Source of the DNA: Desulfatiglandales bacterium
GTDB taxonomy: Bacteria; Desulfobacterota; DSM-4660; Desulfatiglandales; Desulfatiglandaceae
Direction of reading: 5' to 3'
Assembly: GCA_963662465.1 (NCBI GenBank)
Contig: OY759599.1
Span: forward strand, 320,001-384,000
Length of the DNA stretch: 64,000 bases
The stretch's first letter is position 1. Every line of letters begins with the position of its first letter. Below the pieces are notes generated by a model. It had not been told where the DNA came from, ran no database searches, and saw nothing but the letters and a program-made list of their open reading frames with translations. Positions 10,729 to 19,789 of this stretch are shown one piece after another. A program made the translations under genes and the position numbers.

Positions 10729-11130
10729 ATGGTCGGATTACTTATTATTTCTCATTGCAACCTGGGGCGGGAGTTTTTAAATGCGGCTGAACTTATCCTC
10801 GGAAAACTGGATGCTGCCGATGCCATTGCTGTTACCCAGACGACTGAAAGCAAGGAAATCCTCCAGTCCATATCCGACAAAATTAAAGCGCTTGACCAGG
10901 GTCAGGGGGTTCTTATTCTGACGGATATGTTTGGCGGGACGCCGTCGAATCTCAGCCTTTCTTTTTTAGAGGAGGAAATGCTTGAGGTTTTGACCGGGGT
11001 TAACCTGCCCATGGTGATGGCCGTTGCCGGTGATCGTGACCATTTGACGTTGAGCGAATTGGGGGAAAGAGCAGAACAGGCCGGAAAGAGGAGCATTGCT
11101 TTGGCTGGAAAACTTTTAAAGTCGGAATGA
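10729..11130 (+). CDS. PTS IIA mannose/fructose-family subunit
   Basis: IISH, LTDMFGGTPSN, TGVNLPM. Confidence 0.9.
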   Translation: MVGLLIISHCNLGREFLNAAELILGKLDAADAIAVTQTTESKEILQSISDKIKALDQGQGVLILTDMFGGTPSNLSLSFLEEEMLEVLTGVNLPMVMAVAGDRDHLTLSELGERAEQAGKRSIALAGKLLKSE

Positions 11131-11227
11131 TGCTTTTTTAGTTTTCGCTATGCCATCTTTCCTGACACCCTTACTATTGTCTTGTTAGAACATTATGAAT
11201 GCTACGCATTGAAAAAGGAGGTAAGCA

Positions 11228-12226
11228 ATGGCTTTAAAGGTGGCTATTAACGGTTTTGGCCGCATCGGAAGGATGGTTTTCAGAGCCGGTTTTTATAATC
11301 CCGATATTGATCTGGTTGCCATCAATGATTTGACGGACACGGCGACCCTGGCGCATCTGTTGAAATACGATTCGGTCCACGGCGTGTTTCGTGAAGATAT
11401 ATCCAGCACGGACCGTTCACTGGTTATCAACGGCAAAGAGATTGAGATTTATTCTGAAAAAGATCCCTCCAGGTTGCCATGGGGCGATCTGGGGGTTGAA
11501 ACGGTTTTTGAGTGTACAGGGCTTTTCAGGGATCGGGAGAGTGCATCCGGCCATTTGGATGCCGGCGCCGAAAAGGTGATTATCTCAGCCCCCGCCAAAT
11601 CTCCGGACATTACGGTGGTGATGGGGGTAAATGAGCAGGAGTATGATGCCAAGACCCATCATATTGTATCCAATGCCTCTTGTACGACCAACTGTCTGGC
11701 GCCTGTCTGCAAAGTTTTGCTGGATCATTTCGGCATTGAAAAGGGGCTCATGACCACGACCCATGCGTATACCGGAGATCAACGCTTGCTTGATTTTCCC
11801 CATAAGGATCTGAGGCGGGCCAGAGCTGCCGCACTGTCCATGATTCCCACCACAACGGGCGCCGCAAAGGCCGTTGCACTGGTTTTGCCCCAATTGGATG
11901 GAAAATTGAATGGTATGGCCATCCGGGTTCCCACACCCAATGTTTCGGTTGTTGATCTTGTGGTCCAATTGACAAAGACGGCTACGGCTGATGTGGTCAA
12001 TCAAGCCATGAAAGAGGCCTCGGAGACCTCCCTGAAAGGAATACTCGGTTTTTCCCATGAGCCGCTGGTCTCCATTGATTTTAATGGCGCCACCGTTTCA
12101 TCGACCGTGGACGGTCCCTCCACCATGGTTATCGGGGATATGTTGAAAATTCTGTCCTGGTACGATAACGAATTCGGATACTCCAGCCGGATGGTGGACC
12201 TGGCGATTTACATGGCCGGTTGTTAG
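11228..12226 (+). CDS. gap: Type I glyceraldehyde-3-phosphate dehydrogenase
   Basis: [26 protein letters not shown]. Confidence 0.98.
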   Translation: MALKVAINGFGRIGRMVFRAGFYNPDIDLVAINDLTDTATLAHLLKYDSVHGVFREDISSTDRSLVINGKEIEIYSEKDPSRLPWGDLGVETVFECTGLFRDRESASGHLDAGAEKVIISAPAKSPDITVVMGVNEQEYDAKTHHIVSNASCTTNCLAPVCKVLLDHFGIEKGLMTTTHAYTGDQRLLDFPHKDLRRARAAALSMIPTTTGAAKAVALVLPQLDGKLNGMAIRVPTPNVSVVDLVVQLTKTATADVVNQAMKEASETSLKGILGFSHEPLVSIDFNGATVSSTVDGPSTMVIGDMLKILSWYDNEFGYSSRMVDLAIYMAGC

Positions 12227-12308
12227 GGCAAAAAGATGCATTCTTAATAATAAGGGTCGTTGAAGATAACGCTTATTTCGAAGAAATTTCAGGGAAGGAT
12301 GAGAGAAA

Positions 12309-13079
12309 ATGTTTGAAAGAACGCCTATGATTGCCGGTAACTGGAAGATGAACCTGAGTCTTGAAGGCGCCGTGGCGCTGGCTGAAGCCGTAGGTTCCGG
12401 GATCGGGGATGTATCGGATGTCGAGGTTTTGGTGGCGCCTCCTTTTACGCACCTTGCCGCGGTGAAAGGCGCCATTGATGAGACGAAAATTTTTCTTGCC
12501 GGGCAGAATATGCATTGGGAAATGACCGGCGCTTATACCGGAGAAATTTCAGGAAGGATGCTTCAGCAGTCCGGTTGTACCCATGTGATTTTGGGGCACT
12601 CGGAAAGGCGGATGCTTTTTCACGAAACGAGCGAGGTGATTAACCTCAAGGTCAGGGCGGCTTCTTTTCTCGGGCTTATCCCCATTGTTTGTGTGGGGGA
12701 AACCCTTGAGGAAAGGGAATCCGACCGGACGTTTGAAGTCATTAAAGCGCAGTTGGATGTATCCCTGGATAATTGCAAGGCGGATCAGATGATGCCGACC
12801 ACCACCATTCTGGCCTATGAACCGGTGTGGGCGATTGGGACGGGAAAGACCGCCACGCCTGAGCAGGCACAGGAAGTGCATCAGTTTATCCGACAATGGA
12901 TCGAGAATACGTTTAATTCGGGTACGGCAGCCCAGGTCAGGATACTCTATGGCGGCAGTGTAAAACCTGAGAATGTTAAGGCTCTCATGGCCGAGCCGGA
13001 TATTGACGGTGCTCTGGTGGGTGGCGCAAGCCTCAAAGGCGATTCTTTTGTTCAGTTGATCCGTTACAAAGAGGCATAA
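12309..13079 (+). CDS. tpiA: Triosephosphate isomerase
   Basis: AGNWKMN, GHSERR, AYEPVWAIGTG, YGGSV, LVGGASL. Confidence 0.98.
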   Translation: MFERTPMIAGNWKMNLSLEGAVALAEAVGSGIGDVSDVEVLVAPPFTHLAAVKGAIDETKIFLAGQNMHWEMTGAYTGEISGRMLQQSGCTHVILGHSERRMLFHETSEVINLKVRAASFLGLIPIVCVGETLEERESDRTFEVIKAQLDVSLDNCKADQMMPTTTILAYEPVWAIGTGKTATPEQAQEVHQFIRQWIENTFNSGTAAQVRILYGGSVKPENVKALMAEPDIDGALVGGASLKGDSFVQLIRYKEA

Positions 13080-13176
13080 AGGGGGAAAATTTTTGTTGCA
13101 AAAAAAAATGTAATGATTTATACCTCTCTGATTAACCATTGCAGCACCTATTGTTTTGAAAGAAAGAGGGTCATGG

Positions 13177-13509
13177 ATGTTCCCCGTTTTGATTGTATTG
13201 CATGTTTGCGTGTGCGTGGCGCTTATTTTGATTGTTCTCCTTCAGAAAGGAAAAGGCGCGGGAATGGGTGCCGCCTTTGGGGGATCAAGCCAGACGGTTT
13301 TTGGCAGTAGCGGTGCAACCTCTTTGTTGCACAGAGTAACCACGGCCGTTGCGGTCGTTTTTATGTTAACTTCTCTGGGCTTGTCTATTTTTATTGGGAA
13401 GGGTGCCAATACTTCTGTTATGAAGGATGTTCATCCCGTAGAGGCAACTTCTGAGGCTCCCAGCCCTGCGTCGCCGCCGATAAGCGACAATGCGCAGGAC
13501 AAGCAATAG
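13177..13509 (+). CDS. secG: Preprotein translocase subunit SecG
   Basis: Two TM segments, VLLQKGKGAGMGAAFGG; typical tpiA-secG-tRNA-Leu order. Confidence 0.95.
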   Translation: MFPVLIVLHVCVCVALILIVLLQKGKGAGMGAAFGGSSQTVFGSSGATSLLHRVTTAVAVVFMLTSLGLSIFIGKGANTSVMKDVHPVEATSEAPSPASPPISDNAQDKQ

Positions 13510-13528
13510 TGAGGTATGTTTTTATTGT

Positions 13529-13615
13529 GCCGAAGTGGTGGAATCTGGTAGACACGCTATCTTGAGGGGGTAGTGGGCTACGCCCGTGCGGGTTCAAGTC
13601 CCGCCTTCGGCACCA
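13529..13615 (+). tRNA. tRNA-Leu(GAG)
   Basis: Acceptor GCCGAAG/CTTCGGC, anticodon arm CTATC-TTGAGGG-GGTAG, long variable arm, GGTTCAAGTCC T arm, encoded CCA. Confidence 0.97.
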
Positions 13616-13652
13616 TAAAAAAATCAAATACTTACATGAACAGGCTGCTTTT

Positions 13653-14822
13653 TTAAGTGGCCTGTTTTTCGTTCAAGGTAACATTTTGGGTAACATTTTT
13701 GAAAAACACCTCCAGGCTGTTAACAGCGTTCCGGGTGTCTTCCAGGTCAACCGTGTTGTATCGATCAAACATTTCCCGTGTTGAATGGCCGGTAATCGCC
13801 ATGATAACGCTTTCCGGTACACCTGCCTTTCGCATATTCGTGTTGAACGTGTGCCGTAAGTCGTGAAAAACGAAACCGCCTTTCTCGAAACGGCCATAAA
13901 CGATATCTGATTTCTTGCAGGCTTTTACCAATCCGGTCCTAATATCGGAAACAGGTTTTCCCCGAAAAAGGAAAATATGCTTGTCGTGAATATGCCGGGT
14001 AACATTTTTTAACATTTCATGAAGTTCATCGCTTATCGGAATTGACCTTTTTTCATTATCCTTTGTATCAGAAGCCTCCAGGTTGATGAAACGGTTTTTC
14101 ATGTCAACTTTATCCCATGTCAGATTCAGGATTTCCCCACGACGCATTCCGGTGTAATATCCCATGGTGATAATTTCCCGGATATGCCGGGTTGAATTTC
14201 CACAAAGCCGGGTGAATTCGTCATGGGTCAAAATCCTATCCCTGATATCCGTGCCTTTTTTGAGAACATTCTTGACGACCTTAAACGTCCGCATAGTCTC
14301 GCCACTGATCATTCTATTGTCGAATGCCTTTGAAACCATGGTTCTTGTTTTGCCGATCTCATGGTCAATGGTCGCTGGGGCCATGCCTGCTTTAAGGCGG
14401 ATCGCCTGATAGTTCTCCAGGTCCGCCGGGGTGATCTTGGCAATAATGGTTCCGCCATAAACTTTGTTGAATTTCACGAGGGAAATGCGGATTGTATCGA
14501 ATGAAGCCAAAGCCTTCACCTTTTCCAATTTCAGATACCAGTCGGTCAATTCCTGAAACGTCATCTTAGCATCGGCCTTGATATCGAAAAGACGGCCTTC
14601 CTTTTTCTGAGTCTTTTTTTTTCCGTCCGCCGCTCGGGCCTCCTCAATGGACGTGCCCACGGGTTCCTGTTTCTGCTTGCCGCTGGGTAGTCGGTAACTG
14701 ATCCAGTATATGAGCTTTTTCCCTGACTTGGCCTTATTCAAGTCAGATCCGCACATTTTGCAGAGCTTATTTTTAATGGATTGCCGGGTTTTGCATACCG
14801 GGCATTGAGCCAGAATTCCCAT
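13653..14822 (-). CDS. int: Tyrosine integrase with N-terminal zinc ribbon
   Basis: TGMRRGEI, TK, FHDLRHT, ITGH, RY catalytic motifs; CPVC..CKMC at the N-terminus; adjacent to attL. Confidence 0.95.
   Translation of the reverse strand: MGILAQCPVCKTRQSIKNKLCKMCGSDLNKAKSGKKLIYWISYRLPSGKQKQEPVGTSIEEARAADGKKKTQKKEGRLFDIKADAKMTFQELTDWYLKLEKVKALASFDTIRISLVKFNKVYGGTIIAKITPADLENYQAIRLKAGMAPATIDHEIGKTRTMVSKAFDNRMISGETMRTFKVVKNVLKKGTDIRDRILTHDEFTRLCGNSTRHIREIITMGYYTGMRRGEILNLTWDKVDMKNRFINLEASDTKDNEKRSIPISDELHEMLKNVTRHIHDKHIFLFRGKPVSDIRTGLVKACKKSDIVYGRFEKGGFVFHDLRHTFNTNMRKAGVPESVIMAITGHSTREMFDRYNTVDLEDTRNAVNSLEVFFKNVTQNVTLNEKQAT
13675..13700 (+). promoter_or_regulatory. Putative integrase arm-type sites (GGTAACA repeats)
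   Basis: aaGGTAACATTTTgGGTAACATTTT near attL; GGTAACA recurs in tandem at about 33398-33420 near attR. Confidence 0.7.
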
Positions 14823-14908
14823 AAATACCGCCTCCGAAAATATACGATTGTTTCGGGTATTGTTTCATGGTATCATGTCTTCATCCATTTAGGGAAAGGG
14901 AAATTACC

Positions 14909-15163
14909 ATGGGCGCCACTATCACATTTGACACCTTCGAAAACGTCAAGAGACTAAAAGCCGTCGGTTTCACGGAAGAGCAGGCTGCCGAACAGACAAA
15001 AATCATCAGCGAACTTCTGGATGAACAGCTTGTAACAAAGCAATATCTTGATATACGCCTTAAAGAGCTTGATGCCAGCGTTACAACGAACATCATCAAA
15101 TGGGTTGCCGGAATGCTGGTTGTCCAGGCTGGCGTTGTTGCCGCTTTGGTTAAGCTTCTGTGA
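14909..15163 (+). CDS. DUF1640/CCDC90-like coiled-coil protein with C-terminal TM helix
   Basis: FDTFENVKRLKAVGFTEEQA; hydrophobic C-terminus; paralog at 52421. Confidence 0.8.
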   Translation: MGATITFDTFENVKRLKAVGFTEEQAAEQTKIISELLDEQLVTKQYLDIRLKELDASVTTNIIKWVAGMLVVQAGVVAALVKLL

Positions 15164-15293
15164 TTTTCATCGTTTCCTATGCCGAAACATCCGCGCCTTT
15201 CCCATCAACTCTTCCGTGCCGGCCATAAACGCCACGGCCAGGGCGCCCAAAACAGTCCGGGCCCCTGGGGTTGTCTGGCCATGACAAGTGATA

Positions 15294-15788
15294 TCATGCC
15301 GCCATTTGCGCTTCCTGGAATTCCAGGGCCTCTTCCGTTGGCTCCTCCACTGTTCCGTATTTCTTTTTCAGGTACAGCTCCGCCAGATGGGCATACGCCT
15401 CGCGTTCCTCTTTATCCAACAGGAACACGCTCATGGATTTTTTAATTTTATCCGGCAACTGTAGAAACTGCCATTGCAGCTCATGGCAAGCTCGGTTTTC
15501 CATAACGTTTCGCGTCTCGGTCCGGAAGTCGTCCGCGGGGGACTTCCCACGGTATTCTTTTTTGAAAAAGCTGTCCAGGGCGTCCCATCGAAGCATGCAC
15601 GACCAAAGGGTGGTGGTCACTGAGTGTACAAGCGGTGTGTCCCTCAGCTCCCCTCTTTCCCACATGGTCGTCAACATCTCATGGATCAATTTCATGGGTT
15701 CCTTTACGGCGATTTCAAGTTCCTGTTGATAATCCAAAACATCCGGTTTTGTGCCGTCCTTGTGTTCGTAGAATGCCAAATTGTCCAT
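15294..15788 (-). CDS. Hypothetical protein
   Basis: 164-aa ORF with AGGAGG RBS; last of three co-oriented genes. Confidence 0.7.
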   Translation of the reverse strand: MDNLAFYEHKDGTKPDVLDYQQELEIAVKEPMKLIHEMLTTMWERGELRDTPLVHSVTTTLWSCMLRWDALDSFFKKEYRGKSPADDFRTETRNVMENRACHELQWQFLQLPDKIKKSMSVFLLDKEEREAYAHLAELYLKKKYGTVEEPTEEALEFQEAQMAA

Positions 15789-15799
15789 TGTGTTCCTCC

Positions 15800-16021
15800 T
15801 TAGGATTTCTTCCTGCCCGCAATGGCCTTTTTCCAGATTTCATCTAACGCCCTATCTGCGACATCAACCATCTTATGCAAGATAAAATCACCCCTGGTAT
15901 CTTCAGCCGTGGCCCCGATCGCGCTTGCCATCCATTTCACCTCATGTGCGAAATTGTAATAGTCGTGGTACAGCTCATCAAATAAAGACCAACTGACCGT
16001 GTTTTCATTCTCTGTGGTCAT
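15800..16021 (-). CDS. Hypothetical protein
   Basis: GGAGG RBS; ATGA overlap with upstream ORF. Confidence 0.7.
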   Translation of the reverse strand: MTTENENTVSWSLFDELYHDYYNFAHEVKWMASAIGATAEDTRGDFILHKMVDVADRALDEIWKKAIAGRKKS

Positions 16022-16401
16022 TGTGCCACCTCCTTTTCCGGTTTACACAGGACGCCAATGGGAACACCGCCGTCATAGGTGATTTCATCTCGCATCGGCG
16101 TGTCTATGAAAAACCTACCCCCCATGGCTTCCTCAATAAGATCACATGCCTTTTGAACCTTCAACTTATTGGCTTCAATCAAAGCCTCGCATACAAATCC
16201 AAAATTTTCATAGGCATCATCACCTATCATATTAACGAGTGACTCCATTTGTTTCAGTGGTGTCATCATGAAATCTTCAAGGCAGATTCGGAATGCTTTT
16301 GTTTCATTTCCGTATTGGTTCAGGTAAATTGGGTTCCAATTATCGTCTTTTATGATTTCGGGTTTCTGTGTTTCCGGGGAGTAGTTTTCTTTCTGAGACA
16401 T
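16018..16401 (-). CDS. Hypothetical protein
   Basis: GGAGG RBS before ATG 16401 (MSQKEN). Confidence 0.7.
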   Translation of the reverse strand: MSQKENYSPETQKPEIIKDDNWNPIYLNQYGNETKAFRICLEDFMMTPLKQMESLVNMIGDDAYENFGFVCEALIEANKLKVQKACDLIEEAMGGRFFIDTPMRDEITYDGGVPIGVLCKPEKEVAQ

Positions 16402-16416
16402 GCTGCAACCTCCAAT

Positions 16417-16488
16417 AAAAAAGCGCACAAGATGTCTCATGGTGTATTAAACCATTCCGGGCCTCACGGCTGCCGGCATCTTGTGCGC
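16417..16488 (-). ncRNA. C4-antisense-like three-way-junction RNA (putative)
   Basis: 12-bp closing stem GCGCACAAGATG/CATCTTGTGCGC, GTGA (GNRA)-capped inner stem, ATGGT-ttaatac-ACCAT stem, then a U run. Confidence 0.45.
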
Positions 16489-16626
16489 GAATATTTTGTA
16501 TAAATAAAAAATGCCATTTACGGTTGGCCTCCGAATACGTTTTGAGAGAAACCCACAAATACCCCGTTGCCGCCTGCTCGTCAAGGTTTTTTTTAGCGGG
16601 CCGAAAAATCGGTTGGCTTCCCCGGT

Positions 16627-18085
16627 AGATCGCCTTAATTTTAAGGAGATCTTTTAACCGCCTCATTTTTGAGGCGGTTGAATTCCCCGGCTTCCAAACG
16701 GTCCAGGGCCTCGGGGTGGTCTCTGGATAGGCGGCGGAGTAGGTAGGTTTTGCCTCTGTCTTGTTTGGGCTTATCATTATTAAAACGGGTAGCGTCACTA
16801 CCTGTTTTAATACCCCTTCCAGGTCCAGACTTACCCTTACCTATTTCCTGTTTGGGTAGCGGCATCTCCCGGGCGGCGGAAATAGCATCCCTCAGCGGCA
16901 CCTCGAAATCCGGGTCCTTGATCTTCAGCCAGGCAACCGCCAGATCGGCTTAATTCTCAGCCGATCTTTTACACCTGGCAGGGAAGAGACCGCCTGAATT
17001 TTAAGGCGGTTAAATACGTCGATCTGTGCTTCTGGTTCAAGTTGGGTGAGGGGGCGGACTTGGGATTCATTGGTGGGCTGAATGTCCCCCATGGGGGATA
17101 AAAGTTTTTGGACTTTCGCAGAATCTATCAACCGATATACGTGTGATTTCCTTATTTCCCACCGATCCCGGCAATAATCCTCAAACGTCGAGTACTGCTC
17201 ACGGTAGAGGCGGGAAACAACCACGATCCCCCGCCAGGCTTCACCAGAGCCCCCGTGTTGGTCGTTCGCTGTTCAACCCTTACATGGGTATGGGTATTTT
17301 AAGAAACGGTTGTTTTTTGTCTCCCCGGTCTGTTCCATAGCGTCAATGACCTGGACCACCTCTGCGGCTTTCTCTGCGGTCTTGCCGGACATTCCTACTT
17401 TCGCCGCTGCCAGGTCTCGGGAATCACCTTTTACTTCCGGTAAATTTTCCGGAAGTGAATCGCCTTTATACTGGACTGCCTGCCTCACCTTAGCCCGCGC
17501 CGCCTCGATCTCCTTCAGCTTCGTGAACTCCCGGGCCTTCTGCTCGTTGTTTTACGCATTATCAGAGGCGTTTAGAAAAACGTATACGCTTATCATACAA
17601 ATAGGCTGAATTTCGGCGGATATTCCTTTGCCTGTTTATGGGTGATCACTTCCCCGGCTTCGGCCTTTTCGATTGCTTCGGTACGGGCAGACGCGGGGGT
17701 GCTGTTTTGGGCAAGGAGATAAAGGGCGGACCTTGAAATGTCTGAATTACCAAATTTTGGTAATTTATCCGCCACATTCATCATGTTTTGAATCGTTTGA
17801 CGTTCCCACGGAAAATTGGCCTCACAGCAATTCATAAACTGCCCATGTTCCAACCTTTCCTTGACTTCCAGCAGGTCACGGCCGTTCTCCCAGATCGTTT
17901 GAGAAGTACGGGCAGATTCGGGGGGTGCGTAGGCGTTTGATGGTCCTTTCTGATTGCCCGGTTTCTTCGGCAATCTGTGCCACGGTGGCACAGTTTCCGT
18001 TCGTTGGGCCTTCCTTCACGCCCCGAATCTCATAAAGCCGCTTGATCGCCCGCGCCATGGAAGACGTTGACAACTGCCGCCGCCG
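16627..18085 (-). other. Array of five phage DNA-binding gene fragments (ParB-like, HTH, DUF3102-like), each with an internal palindrome, plus four linker palindromes
   Basis: Fragment palindromes at 16778-16812, 17085-17098, 17433-17456, 17745-17765, 17975-17993; linker palindromes at 16627, 16656, 16942, 16989. Confidence 0.75.
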
Positions 18086-18153
18086 TCCATCCATACCCAC
18101 CTATGCCTTTAACCGATAACGCTTAACCTCGGCAATCTGACAGGCTGCAAGCC

Positions 18154-18381
18154 TTAATAATCCGCATCAAGTTCCCTTGTGTCTGAATCTTGAAAAATAG
18201 CGCCGATCAACTCATATATGCCGTTCATATCTTCCATTGTGGTGGTGTCGCCTGATTCAAACAGCTTGCATTCAGAACATGGAACAATGGCCACCCTATG
18301 GTTTGCTGAATAGCATAGACATCGCCAGTAATGCTTACAGTCATACCGCCTTTTGGCCTTCAGGGGTATCCGTTTGATCAT
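18154..18381 (-). CDS. Small Cys-rich protein coupled to terL
   Basis: ATG overlaps the terL stop (ATGA); CKHYWRCLC and CSEC motifs. Confidence 0.6.
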   Translation of the reverse strand: MIKRIPLKAKRRYDCKHYWRCLCYSANHRVAIVPCSECKLFESGDTTTMEDMNGIYELIGAIFQDSDTRELDADY

Positions 18382-19789
18382 CTGCTTAACCAGGATGGCC
18401 GTTTGTATTGGTGGGACTTCGTTTGCGCCTTCAGCGGCCTCGGGGGCCTCTTGTGGTTGGGTTGCCGTTTTGCCATGTAGACAGGCTTTTGCAGCACACG
18501 CACACCGCCGGCACATTGCGGGTCCGCCGCCGCCAGTGCGTAAATCTCACAGTCCAACCAGTGATTAGGGCCGGAAACGTGCCACTCGATCTTGCCGTTT
18601 CGATGGACTCTTTTTTCCTCTGAAATGATGTGCTGGGCATAGATTTTGCCCACGTCCTCATGAAGATACCAGGCGCCCGGTTCCCCCTGGGCAAGGCCAA
18701 TGCGATAATGGAGGGCGTCTTTGAGCTGGTCCGTGTTCAACAAAAACAGCCGTAAGCCGCCAGGGATAGCCATTCCAGACCGGCCAGGCATCCGATCTAT
18801 GACGGAAAACTTAATTCGTTCGGTGGTTTTCCAGGATTGACCTTTCACACCAAAAGCGATCCCATTCCCATTGTTTCGGAGCCAGGTGTAGCACTCTTCA
18901 GTCATGGTGAAGCCTTCAGATCCTTCGCCGCCGCCTGTGTCGATAAATGCACGCCATATGCCCATGGATTTCTCAGAATCCACAATGGGATAAGTATCTT
19001 CAAAAACTATCTGTCGAATATCATCCCAACTTTGAGCCTCGCCATATCGGATAAGCCAGGAGGTCATATCACGCCGCCAGGCTCTGACAACGTAATAGAA
19101 CGAAAACTTTTGAACATCGATGCCGCAAGTGAGTGCCACCACATCCGCCGGAACAGTCAGCGGCGCCAGGTCGGTTTTGCATTTCAGGATATCATCGGTT
19201 TTTTTGACTGTGAGGGTTTGCTTCCACTCTTGGCATAGCCAGCCATTGCGGAAATTCATCAAACGTCCGATGTCGTCTTTTGAATCCAGGAATTCGTAGG
19301 CGATATCGCCCCAGCTGAGAAACGGCGAATACAGGCTGTTCAACTGAAAACCAACTGATTCAGCCTCCTCAAATGGGCTATCTTCCTCTGATTGCCATTG
19401 CCCTTTCCTCAACATCTCAGGCTTATCATTATCCAGGATTTCTTTTTGACAGTGAGCGCACTCATAGCGGGCTGCACGTTTGATCTTCAGCCGGGTTGAC
19501 TGTTCGCTCGTATCTCCGAAGCTGGGCCATTTGATTTGCTCAAACACAAGTAGCTGCAAGCCGCCACAGTGCGGGCAGGGGACAAAGAATTGATATTTTA
19601 AATCACAATCCCGATGATATCTGGAAATGAGTCCACCTTCCACTGTGGGACTGGAAACAAGCACGGTTTTTCGGGTGTATTGGAAGGTCTTTTGCCGTTC
19701 CATCGCCAATTTAATGGGATCTGCATCTTTCCCAGAAAACTGCGGGAAGGTGCTTACCTCGTCACAGAAGACATTCTCAATGGGCATTG

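Noticed and set aside
16627..18085. CRISPR array or integron cassette array
   Set aside because: The palindromes differ from each other, there is no constant repeat with regular spacers, no cas gene, and no recognisable attC structure or integron integrase.
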